A stretch of 63,443 nucleotides of DNA, counting the filler, from Choristocarpus tenellus KU-1152 (lineage: Eukaryota; Protista; Phaeophyceae): the NCBI GenBank assembly GCA_964200185.2. It is 10 parts of 10 records of this genome, joined end to end, with 100 filler letters (N's around TTAATTAATTAA, not from the genome) between each part and the next. Parts side by side here need not be neighbours in the genome. Positions count along the whole stretch, not along the records: positions 1 to 10,847 come from CAXNAD020002674.1; positions 10,948 to 17,624 come from CAXNAD020007590.1; 8 more parts are not named here. One strand, given 5' to 3'. How positions within the stretch are numbered: the first letter of the stretch is position 1; every line of letters begins with the position of its first letter. The translations under genes and the position numbers were made by a program. Shown in pieces: positions 1 to 11,456 of this stretch. A model generated the notes under the pieces. The model made no database searches, was not told the DNA's origin, and saw only the letters and a list, made by a program, of their open reading frames with translations.

Positions 1-13
1 GGGGGGGGTACAG

Positions 14-108
14 GTCTCTCTGGAGCAGATCTAGCTAATATTGCGAATGAGGGTGCCATTTCGGCTGCCAGGCGTGGAGAGCAGGAGGTCACACAAGCAG
101 ATTTGATG
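14..108 (+). CDS. ftsH: Internal exon of an FtsH-like AAA+ metalloprotease (AAA lid region)
   Basis: ag|GT CTC TCT GGA GCA GAT...TTG ATG|gt translates to GLSGADLANIANEGAISAARRGEQEVTQADLM, matching the FtsH lid motif G(F/L)SGADLANLxNEAAxxAAR...V. It is flanked by a canonical AG acceptor (12-13) and GT donor (109-110). Confidence 0.85.
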
Positions 109-2539
109 GTAATTATGCTGATTTCTGTAACCAATTTAAAATACATACATATATATATAGCCGGATTAGTAGTAGTAGTAGTAGTAGTAGTAGCTCCTAG
201 AGTAACTACTGTTTCAATTCAGGAATGATTAATCAGTCTAATTATGGACGAACTAGTCTATGATAGTGCTTTGTTCTTTGTTTTAGATATTTTTAGTTGG
301 TGTTTCAGTACAGAGTAGTTAGATGTTCATTGTTGGTCGCTTAGGGTTAGGGGTGAGGAGAGGGGTCAAAATGCCTGTGGGCAAAGGTGTTCAATGGATT
401 CTGGATATGAATAGGAACATAAATATGTATATATTTATTTATATATTTATATTTATATTTATTTCGTGCAATATTGAAAATTTTAAAATGAAGGTAATTG
501 GTATGTTTTGTGGGGGGGGTTCTCCTTGGGACTGATTTAGAACGTATACATATTTATATTAAGTAATGGTCTTGTGCCTTCTTGGCACTCCTTACGGCCA
601 CTACTTCATTTAGGGTTAGGGTTGGGGTTATCTTGTTTGGTGGATGCTTATTTGCTTTTGCTCTCCAAGAAGATGGGTGGACATGTGATTGTACAGTATA
701 GTATAGTATAGTAGGGTGTTAAATCCTACTAGGGTTTGGAATTAGTGTTAGGACTGACAACTGCTACGCCATACTGCTTATAATGTAAACTTGAGAACAC
801 TTCATTAGGGTTAGGGTTTGGGTGCTGGTCGTGAGTATTATGACTATTTATATACAGTTAATGATAATAACAATAGTACTAGTGAAATTCAGGGGAAGGG
901 AACATTGCCCTAAGAGCAACACCTGAAGTGTATACAGCAGTACCACCGGTACATACAGTGATTAACTATTCGTCACATTATATTTACATGCTAAACCGAC
1001 ATAGCTAGCTCCTTCTAGTTGCCTTCAAATCACTTTCAATATTTTATTATTATTATTGGAGGGGTTCTCAATCATAAAGGGTAAATCTGAAGGGATCAGT
1101 CCATATGCTGGACCAGTTCTAAAATGGTTTCTCACATGTTGGGACCAGGACTGTCAGAGTTTGTGTTGGGACCGGGACACGGGGCTGGGTTATGACATCA
1201 TCGAAGCATAGATGGAAAAGACAGCGGGAGGGTGTGACTGAAGGGGTATGTATGATAATATGTTTTGACTGGATTAGTCCAGTCAAAGTACTTTTTTCTC
1301 CATGGCCGTGAGTTAACTATTACACTAGGACTGGAGTACAAGATGAACCGGTACCACAGTACAAGATGAACCGGTACCAGTGTATTGTAATAGGGCAGGT
1401 CCATGACAGTCAACTGTTTCAACATGTCCATGACTGTCACTGGCTGTTACGACCATGCTAACTGCCCGGAGTGATGAAAAGTCTTGGATTTCTTTTTTTG
1501 CCATTTTGTTTTTTCTTCTTTTGTGATAGTTGCAAATTCTACCGTGTATGTAATGTATGTATTGAAGTGAGGTTTGAATAGTTTTGAGCCAGATAGTTGT
1601 GCAGTCCACTGAGGTCTAACTGAGCAGCGCAGGTGAGGCTTGTAGTAGGAAGGTAATAATAATAATAACTATTATAGAGTGTGATGCAGATCGAGAAATA
1701 CTCCCACTTCAGGAAAAATATATAAAAAATATTCTGTACTTACATGATGATGATGAGGTCAATATAGGGTTTTTTTTTTCATGTATGCTCCACTGATACT
1801 GTTATTACGTGTATTCATTGTAGTGTAGTGAATTTTGGGGATTGAACAAACCACTGCGCTTCAAATATGGTAGAGTAAAAATCACGGAAGAGAGTAGTCG
1901 ATTTCGGAGGCATCTTTGAACCCTTGTGCAAAGTATGCATTGCCCATGCCTGAAATGCGGTAACCTCTCCCTCAGGACGGGGCAGCTGTAGAAGAGAAGA
2001 CTAGTTGTGATCACATTATCTGCCAAAAGTACCCTTCACCGTGGTCAAACACATGAACCACACAAGACAGTCCTTGCAGCCCTGCTGAAGATCTAACAAT
2101 ACCCCCTCCTCCTCCCCCCCTCTTAGATGGTGTAGCTTGTATGGAAGATAGTTGAACACACCAGAAACACACACATATTTTGCTACCTTTTTTTCTGTTC
2201 TTGTGAGATTTCTGTTCACATCACAAGCACTTGGTCCTCAAAGAGAGACACTTGTTGAAGCGGCGTTGGGAAGACTGCTATCTTGGAGGCAAGCAAAGTG
2301 GTTAGAACTGCCTCGTTTTGATGTCCTCTTATCACTATTTACCTGCCTCTGCCTGCCCTTGTGCTTGTGCTTGTGCTTGTTCTTTTTGCGTCTTGTGCCC
2401 TACCTTTGTGTATGTGTGTGGTGATTCGTAGGCATCTGTGAAGAACTACTATGTCTCGAGAGGAAAAGGTGTCAACCCCTTTGACACACTGTTCAAGGGG
2501 TTATTGCCACAACAATGAGACTGTCGCAAGCACTGGTTA

Positions 2540-5500
2540 CAGTCCATTGTGTAGTACTTCTATGGGGAGGGGGTTCGGAGGAGAAGCTGGGGGAGAGGGT
2601 CGAAGATGGTGACTACCAAAGTTGGAGGGATCGTTGATTTGGTTTGTCCTGTGTTGAGGTTGTAATGGCTCCTGCTTCCCTTCGTGAGTTGTATTTTCCC
2701 CAGCACAATGCTTGTCACAGCTTGCAACACAGGTTGATTTGTATCATTTACCACAGGTTCTACTCGTGGGGAGGAAGGCAGTAGCCATCAATCCAAGTTT
2801 GCTGTAGTGCAGTTGATCTTCCAATTATCATAGTGGTTTACTTTTGGTCATTGCTTGAATGGAGAGCCTTGGTCGGTTGTGAGCTCACGTGTTTTCCAGG
2901 GAGTAGATCGTACAAGGTTGCTAGAAGGGTCAACCATTATTAGCAATGGGGCGATACATCCCAACCTTGATATTGTGTGTGAGTTTCTACCCTCTTTTCT
3001 GTATGACCAGTTAGTCGTTCTCATTTGGGTTGTGTTTTTAGAGCCGTTTTTACTGCTGTTTATCCCTACCTTCACTAATATTAACACTTTCAAAAGGAAG
3101 TGCCCCTATGTTGTAGGTGGGATTTATTCCCTGCCGTCACAATTTGCGAATGGACTGTACTCTCTTTTTTTTGTCAATTCAGGCAACGAGAAATATAGCA
3201 CATGTCTGCCTACTGCCTACTACTGTTGTATGCATAATATGAGCCGTCTCCTTATTGTTTCTTATCCTTATTCCCCTCCATAACAAGAAGAACATCGAGA
3301 GTGCTCTGGTGGGCAAATCTGTTGTGTCTTGTGTGTGGTGTTGATGTTGAAGACATCCTTATGTTGTTAGAAAATGAGTTGTGTCCAGAGCAACCCCAAC
3401 AGAAAAATGATGAACTACTCTTGAGTGCTGACATGTGTTTTTACACTCCATGTTGTATGTACATTATTGCTTGCTTTTGTCAGCTAATGAATCGGTCTAT
3501 TAGAGGGATCAAAGGTCTGCTGTAGAACGAAACCTCTCATATATATTTTTTAACTAGCTACAAATAGATATGTGGACCCTTTCGGGCCAACTCTGGGTTG
3601 TGTTTACGATAAATGATGGACTAGAAAGTCAGGGTTAACAAATGTGCATTTGGATTAGTTCAGGTGAGATGAGAAAATTGGAACAGTACGACCCTTTCAG
3701 GTCAGTACAGAGTCTAGTCTTTTTTAATTCACTAGTGGACGAGCTACCCAGGTGCAATAAGTGTGTACTCAGATAAGGTCAGGTGAGGAATCCAGAAACT
3801 GGACCATGATTGAGGTGGTTTATGTATATAAACCGGAGCATGAAGCAGTTTATGTATATATATATATATATTGCTTGACGTTGGAAGGCATGGCATATTA
3901 CACAGGGTAACTATTGCATATAATATTGTGTTGTTCGCGTCCTAATCAACATGAGTGACAAATGATAGGACCAACTGACCCAAATGGATGGTTCGACCCC
4001 TGCAATGTTTTTTTATAAAACTGATTATATGAGAATGGTCGAAGGTTACCAGATGAATTCTGATATCTGAATGCGCACAGGTTGGGGATAAATGAGGTTG
4101 TGATGAAACCAGATGTTCATGAGATGGAGATCACATGCAAACATATCTTGACAAAAGCATGTAAAATTGCCTTAAGAAAACATCTAAGGTAATACCATCT
4201 TCAGGTTTTGAGTAAGTATTCAGTATGTACCACTATCAAGCACTGAGGTCATAACATCCTTCCAACAAAGTGCATTCTCGCCCTGAAACACATCATGTGC
4301 CACTAAGCAGCGTCGGTGCTCGAGCAGGACCAGGCGAAAAGTGACTGAGGGTGGGCTGTGTGTTCTTCGTGAGGGTCCCAGGTCATGTTGACTCACACAT
4401 CCCCCTCTCTTGAAGTATCATTCCACACACCAGGCATCCAGCATTACAGGGAAATAATAGATACTATCAGGTGTGTAAATGAATATTTTGCAAAAGAGAA
4501 CTATTCAAGTAGAGTATTTTGCTTTGTGTGGTATGGATATATTTATTAGCGGAGTGAGCACAGCCCTCGGTGGTGGGAGGTGCTCTATCTCATTATCTTA
4601 TTGTTTATTGCATATGTCAGCTGATACATCAGCTAACACATCAAAACGTGTCCTGCCGTTACATCTTAGTATGTCACTTATCTTATGTAGCCAGTACTAT
4701 ATCAGTAATCCTCCATCAGTCCATTTATATTGAGTAATGAGAAATCGATAATCTGAGATTAGAACCCATTACTCTGAACACACGAAAACAAGTCAACGAC
4801 ACTTGTTCGACTTAGTCAACATTCCTGTTGCCTGATAGTTGTCACTAAACACCTATAGACCATATAGATTACCAGCCTATATTGCACAAATATATCAGAT
4901 GAAGTAGACTCCTTGCCTACAGCTGTGATGTCCATAATCACCCCCACCTTTTCTTACACACGGCACAGGTACAATGGGAGTAGAAAAGCGTGCATTATAC
5001 GACCTTTTGGTAATTGGTTTGTACCCCCTCTCCTTGTTGGCCACTCTACGTAATCTGAAGCCATGGGTGGGCGCGCTACACATTATTTCCTGGGAGGTTC
5101 TTCTCGCTCATCTTCCAGGGCACATTCATTGTCAACGAATGTTATGGCCATCATCATTCAATCCTGCTCTCCCTCCACAGCCTATGGGCATTGAAACGTA
5201 TGCCACCCTACTTGACACGTGGTGGTTATTTCGCAGTATCCCCACCTCGTTGTGACTGTGTTCTGTATCATGATGATGTCCAATTAGGGGGTGACTATGC
5301 AGACACATCAACACCCACCTGACGTTTTGGATTTGTAGCATACATACATAGTTATTTCCTATTGTTTGTTGTTCCAGTGGACAAGTATCTGTACCTCACA
5401 AACATGCTTCAAATGACAATGATCACTTTGGCTCACAGTGGTCGCCCTAGATGTGAATATACTATGTTCTGTTCCATAGATCTGAGGCTTGTTCTTCTTT

Positions 5501-8030
5501 TCATAGATATGACAGGTGGACATGTGTTCGAGAGGCACATAAACAGAAAACGCACACCTTGCAACCTTGAGTTTAATCTGCCTTTGGTGTACGCCAAAAC
5601 AGACACCTGGACACTACGTGCTCACGCCTATCACCCACAAGGAAACAAGCCTCTCCTCAGAGCATACCGTCCGATTCATCACATTTGGTGCTTCATTCCA
5701 TTCTGTTTAACCAAGCCTATTCTCAGAGCACATTGTCCGATCCACCACATTGGGATTAAGTCGTGTATTTAATTGCTCTGGGCCAACCTCTTCCTTTCAC
5801 AAGACCACGAACAATTCTACTCTTCAAGAGCACTCCCTCTGAACTACCACATCACACTTGATCTGTACTTCAGTTCATCTCTTTTTCCAATCAAAGGTAT
5901 ATCAGCAACGGTTTGTGGTGCCCTCTCATTTCTCATTGCCACACTCTTCTTATTTTCTAACATATTATGGATACTCTGTATTACTTGACAGGGTTAGCTA
6001 TACTACAACACAAAAGACAGGGAGCACGAGAGATGAGGATTTTGTACCACAGTCCAATGTACTCCTCTTGCTCCAATAACAATCTTGGTAGGAGTGCTGA
6101 ATACACCTCATCAGGGGTGGGATCCTCTACCCACGCACAGAGTGTTTACCACGTCCACCAACCTCAGACACTGATTGAAGAGGTAGCACAATCCCAGATG
6201 GGCATTTATAAGGTCAGGTAACTAGCACCCCACCGAGCATGTGAGAGCCTCTTGGCCCGACAGGGTCCCTCTGCCCTGTCCGCCAGCTCTGCCGATGGAC
6301 AAGGGCCACTTGTTGGCCACACACCTTGAGAGTGGTAGTGTAGCCACGGGATGCCATCCGACTAATCTCCCTGGACATCCAACAAGAGATACTTGAATTC
6401 TCCCAGGAGGGGGAAGTGTATTTCTCGGCAGTGGTCTCCACCCACTTGATTGGAGACAAGAAATACATTGGGATATATCCATCACCAGCCACGTACAGCA
6501 AAGGACTGAGGACAAAACAGGGAAAAAACGGATTTAAGGACTTTTACCCAAAAGTAGTAGGCTATAACCAGGTGCTGCCCCTGCACTCCACAGCTAACAT
6601 TGATTGTCATAGATTGACTATTGACATACTCCGCTGGTGATCAAGGGGTGCAGCACTAGTGAACAAGTCTAGAATACACTCAAGTACTTTTTCAATGGGA
6701 CTAACATGCTTTGGGACCACCTACTAGTACTAACAAAGCTCAAAGAACGTGTGTAAACAGTACCTGTTTTCCAGTCATCCCGGACAACCTCTTGCAGGCC
6801 TTGCCTGCTTTCCGAAGAACATCTTCCGCAACATGAGCTTGCTGAGAGAGTGTGACGGGAACATGATCCTCCCTCCTCCTAAGGAAGTTCGAGGGGTGGG
6901 GAATCTCACAGGAGTATATATAGAGCCACTTGAGGGATAGAGATATCGAGCAAATCACGGTCAATGCTGGTCTGGAGATTTGTTGCACACAAACAAGTTG
7001 CTATGCCACCCAACTCCCTCTAGTCCACAAGAATCTCAGAGCAACAGAGTCCTAGGAATTTAGGGACCCAAATAGAGACAAGTAAAGACCGCACATCCTT
7101 ACGTTATGAGAGGTCTGACTGTCTTCTTGACGGTCTACAGCACGGCCAGGACTTTGATCGCAACTCCATCTGCCTTGATCTCGCTGGACGTCACCTGAAC
7201 ACTGAGCTTGGCGTTGATTCTGGCAGCGTGTACACTTGCTGTGCGAACTGCCTCGGAAAGGTTGGCAGCGCCGTTAATGGTCTCTACCATGTTCCGAAAA
7301 GCGTTGAGAAGCCAAAGATCGATAGCCCTCTTGGCGCATTTATGGTCATCTCGGTGGTTGACTTTGGACGCTTAGCCGATGGAGGCATTGAGAGCCTCAT
7401 AGTAAGCAGTAAACTTCATCGTGAGGACCTGTGTTGGGGGTGATTGGGCATATTAATAGGGATGTGGGATGTTACAAAGCGGTACGATCGAGGCGACCGA
7501 AGGGACAGGTCAGAAACAAAAAGGGAGCGGGTGAGTCGAGTGAGGTTGCGACACAGAAATATCTGTGTCATACACATGAAAGCAAACGATGGTGCGGAAG
7601 TATTCTATATGGTCTCTGATCCACTCGTCAACCTCCCTGGGAGTGGGGCTGTGGGGATGAAGATCGAAAGGCTTGCGGTCACCTTTTGGAGTAGTGACAT
7701 CAATATCTCTCCGAGGTGAAACACTACAAGGAAATAAAAGGTGGCCATTGGCACGAGGACGGAAGGCAGGGCGTGTAGAACAGTTTCCATAACCGTGGGT
7801 AGGTTGCCGGAAATAGTGCCGGAGACGAAAAGAGGACCAAAAGCCCACATAACCCGTTGGGGTATCTCCACTAGAGCTAGAGGTTTGGATACCAGAGAGT
7901 TGGACACACGTACTATTCGCTCCAACAGTGACGTGGGGTGCGAAGGTCCTCAGATGTCTGGATCAAAGTGAGGTGCGTTACTGCTAGGAGCAACGACAGG
8001 TTTGTCAAAGGAAGGCATATCTCCCCCATA
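2540..8030 (-). mobile_element. Highly degenerate LTR-retrotransposon (Gypsy-like) internal remnants
   Basis: Minus-strand fragments are broken by stops and frameshifts. An integrase-like stretch LIMVDPSSNLVRSTP...ELTTDQGSPF (about 2850-2950) resembles rve 'VD.FSK...SDNGSQF'. Coding-like gag-position fragments lie at about 7100-8020. Boundaries are approximate. Confidence 0.4.
4487..4888 (-). mobile_element. Solo LTR of the Copia family seen at 60233
   Basis: Its reverse complement starts TGTGCAATATAGGCTGGTAATCTATATG, identical to the LTR start after the Copia PPT at 60233. A 5-bp TSD AATAT sits at 4482-4486 and 4889-4893. Confidence 0.85.
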
Positions 8031-8409
8031 TGAAACGTTTTCTTCTGAGTTGAACGTTCCTGTACAAAAAAAGATGACACCAAACAATCTACTCGGAAAC
8101 ACCTAATCTATTTACTATTCTATACTATATATATTATCGTGGAATAATGGTACTAATGGTTATTCTTCCGCATACAATATATGATACGTAGTGTTCTTCT
8201 GTTGTAAAGTATTACAGCTAGTTCTACTCATTATCCGACGTATATACCATGGTACAATGAGCACATATTTTTTGCACGTCAGCCTGACAGTACCACATCA
8301 CAGACCTACTTCCTATTCTATATTATATAATACTTGGACTAAACGTACCATTTGTTTAGTCTAGAATACAAAATATATGAGTACAGTCGGCGTACCTATA
8401 TATGAGAAA

Positions 8410-8479
8410 GGGTCAAAGTATCTGGGGGGGGGAGGGGGGNNNNNNNNNNGAGAGGGGAAATACGATAGAAGGGAAGAGA

Positions 8480-8514
<35 letters not shown>

Positions 8515-8677
8515 AGGTGTACACCAGGGTGTCCATTCGGACCATAAATAACCACCAGGAAGAGTGAACTTTCATTATCCATTCGACAAGTAAGTGCAAT
8601 CAAACCACCCAAAAACCGAGACAAGAAAAAATTGGCCCCAATTGGACAGCTTCCAAACCCCCCAGATACTTTGAGTC
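8410..8677. mobile_element. TIR MITE (G-tract subfamily)
   Basis: Terminal inverted repeats GGGTCAAAGTATCTGGGGG ... CCCCCAGATACTTTGAGTC. The internal sequence is shared with copies at 34396, 37600 and 38955. Confidence 0.8.
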
Positions 8678-9275
8678 AATGCAGGATATATTAGAGGGTA
8701 ATTTGCCTTGTCACAGTTTTTCAGGCTGTAAGAGAGGTTTCGGCGTTTTCCTGACAATTCTCTCTTATATTGAGCAAACTCCCAGTTTTTTCACTAATTG
8801 ATTGAGGGAGTTTCCCAAAAAGTCATGTCTAAAGTTAAGCAAATACAACAACGTAAGGCACAAACCTGCTCGAGACCAGCAGTACAAAGCATAGCAGTCT
8901 CTTGTCTCTCAGTACTGTTACCTTACAGTACGTACACTATATCACATCAAGTTTAGACAACTGCATTCTACAGATGTAACGATGCCCTGCGCAGCGGGAT
9001 CCAGCTGGTCCGTCACACTATACATGGCATAAGTGTCGCGTTTGTACCGGCTGTCTTCATGGTATTTGCGGCGTCATGGACCCCTTTTGGCACCAGCAAA
9101 ATGAAATGCATGTGGAAATTGTGCGTTAGCCCCACCAAGCGCAAGGCTTTGAGTCCTCCAGCTGGTGACAACATGGCATTGAAGCGCCATGATAACAAGA
9201 ACAAGGGCAAGGGCAAGGTGCTGCCAAATAGATCTACGGAGAAAGTCTCTCCCTACAAGCCTTGGGGTGCTGACA

Positions 9276-9900
9276 ATCGTAAAATTTGAGCGTTGCAGAG
9301 GAGGTGGAAGCGTTGACACTCCTCAAGACCTTGATGGGAACTGCGGTTGCTCAAAATTTTGGAATCGATCACAGCACCCTGTACAGTTTGAAGGAGGCAA
9401 CAACCATCATGGAGAAAGTGCAGATGCTGAAACCTGATGGCAAGTCTGTGAGGGGTGCCAAACTTGTTGAGGTGCGTCGTTGCGTGGATTGAAATCTGAA
9501 AGTAGGTTGATTGTGATTATGACTGAATTGTCTTTCTGCACTGTCTGCAGATGAGGATTATGATTTAATTTTTTGAAATTTCGCGTGCATTTCTGTTGTA
9601 CTGTAATGTCTATACGGTGTATTGTAGAATCACGAGTGGCCATGTTGTTAATGAGGATCTCTCTAATGCTCTTGACACTCTGCACCTTAAACCCAGCGGA
9701 AAGCCGTCTCAGGCTTCCATCAATGCAGCAAGAGTGTGGATCGTTGTGAAAGACAACGATGAAGTGGCCAATGTGATACTAGAGGACATGAAAGACCAGC
9801 TGCTCCAGAAATTCTTGTACCAGTCAGGCAATGAAAGCTCGGGTGACGAGGATGGCAATGGGTTTATGGGAGGGTGCAGCGCATCGGGGGCCGTGAGGAA
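9276..9900 (+). pseudogene. pogo/Tigger (CENP-B-like) transposase remnant
   Basis: RKILSVAEEVEALTLLKTLMGTAVAQNFGIDHSTLYSLKE...KSVRGAKLVE matches the N-terminal psq/CENP-B HTH of pogo/Tigger transposases. An acidic fragment follows at 9630-9900. No DDE core is visible. Confidence 0.6.
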
Positions 9901-10499
9901 AGGAGCAGCCTTTTCTGTGTTATCGATTCTCTCAAGTAGCTGACGAGTTTGCAAGATTAGAAACAACCATCAAAGAGTGCAGCATGAACGATGTTTCGAA
10001 TAATCTCCGGAAAGCAAAGATGGCTTGGCTCAGCACAATCTGGGCAAGGGAAATCACACATGTGGACATTCGAGATTTTTTTGGCAGTCGCATTTTTTTT
10101 TATCAGCGATTAAGTTCTTTTACTCAGTGCATGCGATGGGAGGTGCATGGTGGTGCAGCTACATTTGATCTACGGTGGTGTTTTTGATACTGTACCGTAT
10201 AGTATCCTTGTAGAGTGCAATTGAATACGTAGGGCCGGGCAACTGCGAGTCATCTGTCCAGCCATCCAACAGCTTGCATATGCTTTTCGAGGGCTGGAAA
10301 AAGTTTGTCCTTCCTTCAATCTGGACAAACACGGCAAAGAACATGTCCTCGTGTTCAATGTTGCTTTGAAAGTTATCGTTAATAGTATAGGTGGTGCCTT
10401 CGAGAAGTATGGGGTTCACCCATCCCACAACATCACACTGAAGGAGAGAAGGCACTTGTTATGTCTAGCAACCTACCCTCGAACATGAAGGTATCAAGA

Positions 10500-10700
10500 A
10501 AAAAAAACTACAATATTTATTGTGGGTAATAATAACAATATTGATGAAAATAAAGCAATAATGATAATAACAATGACAATAATGATAATAACAATGACAA
10601 TAATGATAATATCATAACAAAAGCAATAATAATGATGGCAATAATAATGGCGAATATAATAATGGATATTCAAAACAACGGTAACACAAATAATGATAAT
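10500..10700. repeat. AAT/GAT-rich low-complexity microsatellite region
   Basis: Runs of AAT/AAC/GAT triplets, including a duplicated ATAATGATAATAACAATGACA unit. Confidence 0.8.
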
Positions 10701-10847
10701 GACAGGTGCCCAGTGGCAGGGTGCAGGAGGCAAAATGTCGATACCAGATATGCCCGCACCTGCCCCAGGGCAGGGAGACAGGTACGACAGCACACGCCAA
10801 TGGTGAAACGCCTGCACCAACTATGCAAGGGGATGGGCATCCCTTGC

Positions 10848-10947
10848 NNNNNNNNNNNNNNNNNNNNNNNNNNNNNNNNNNNNNNNNNNNNTTAATTAAT
10901 TAANNNNNNNNNNNNNNNNNNNNNNNNNNNNNNNNNNNNNNNNNNNN
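10848..10947. other. Artificial contig-joining linker (N44-TTAATTAATTAA-N44)
   Basis: The same 100-bp spacer, with stops in all six frames, recurs at 17625-17724, 21029-21128, 24090-24189, 37500-37599, 50739-50838, 53790-53889, 57291-57390 and 60811-60910. Confidence 0.97.
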
Positions 10948-11245
10948 CCCCCCCCCAGATACTTTAGGTTCATCTCTGTCTCTCACTATGTCAAAAGTGG
11001 GGAATGGGGCAAAGGAAGCTGAGTGCTGCGATTTTGGAGTTGAGGCGGAAGTGCTAGTTGGGAATTGTGAAACCCTAAGTTCGTTGGCTACTTCATACTT
11101 TAACACTAGACTCCCTCTGAGATTTTCTCTATGGGAGTTGCATCCAGATACAAGTAAAGCAGTTCTGATTTTCCACTCTGCTATTCCACACCGTCGAACT
11201 GTGAAAAAAAAAACACATTCTTGAATGCCGTTCCCTTCTGCAAAG

Positions 11246-11421
11246 ACCTTTGAGCCCGAAAGAGTAGCAGCCTTCGAGCTAGAAAAGATTGCTTTGGACG
11301 AAGAGAGGAGGAAGCAGGAGGAGGAGGAGAAACCTAAGGTTAGTGGATGAGTCCCAAATTTTCAGAGTCGCCTCCATCAACGCACTTGTCGGCTAATCTC
11401 TGCAATGGAATGTGTGTGTTA

Positions 11422-11456
<35 letters not shown>

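Noticed and set aside
341-822. TTAGGG telomere-like motifs (also about 55980, 56160, 61500, 61830)
   Set aside because: Only 1-3 units each, scattered in introns or intergenic DNA. Not a telomere.
8333-8364. Hairpin followed by CTAG resembling a Helitron 3' end
   Set aside because: Spacing is atypical and no matching 5' TC end or second copy was seen.
10848-10947. Recurrent TTAATTAATTAA palindrome flanked by Ns (9 copies)
   Set aside because: Artificial contig linker with stops in all frames. ORFs ending in 'LIN' and gene neighbourhoods across linkers are artefacts.
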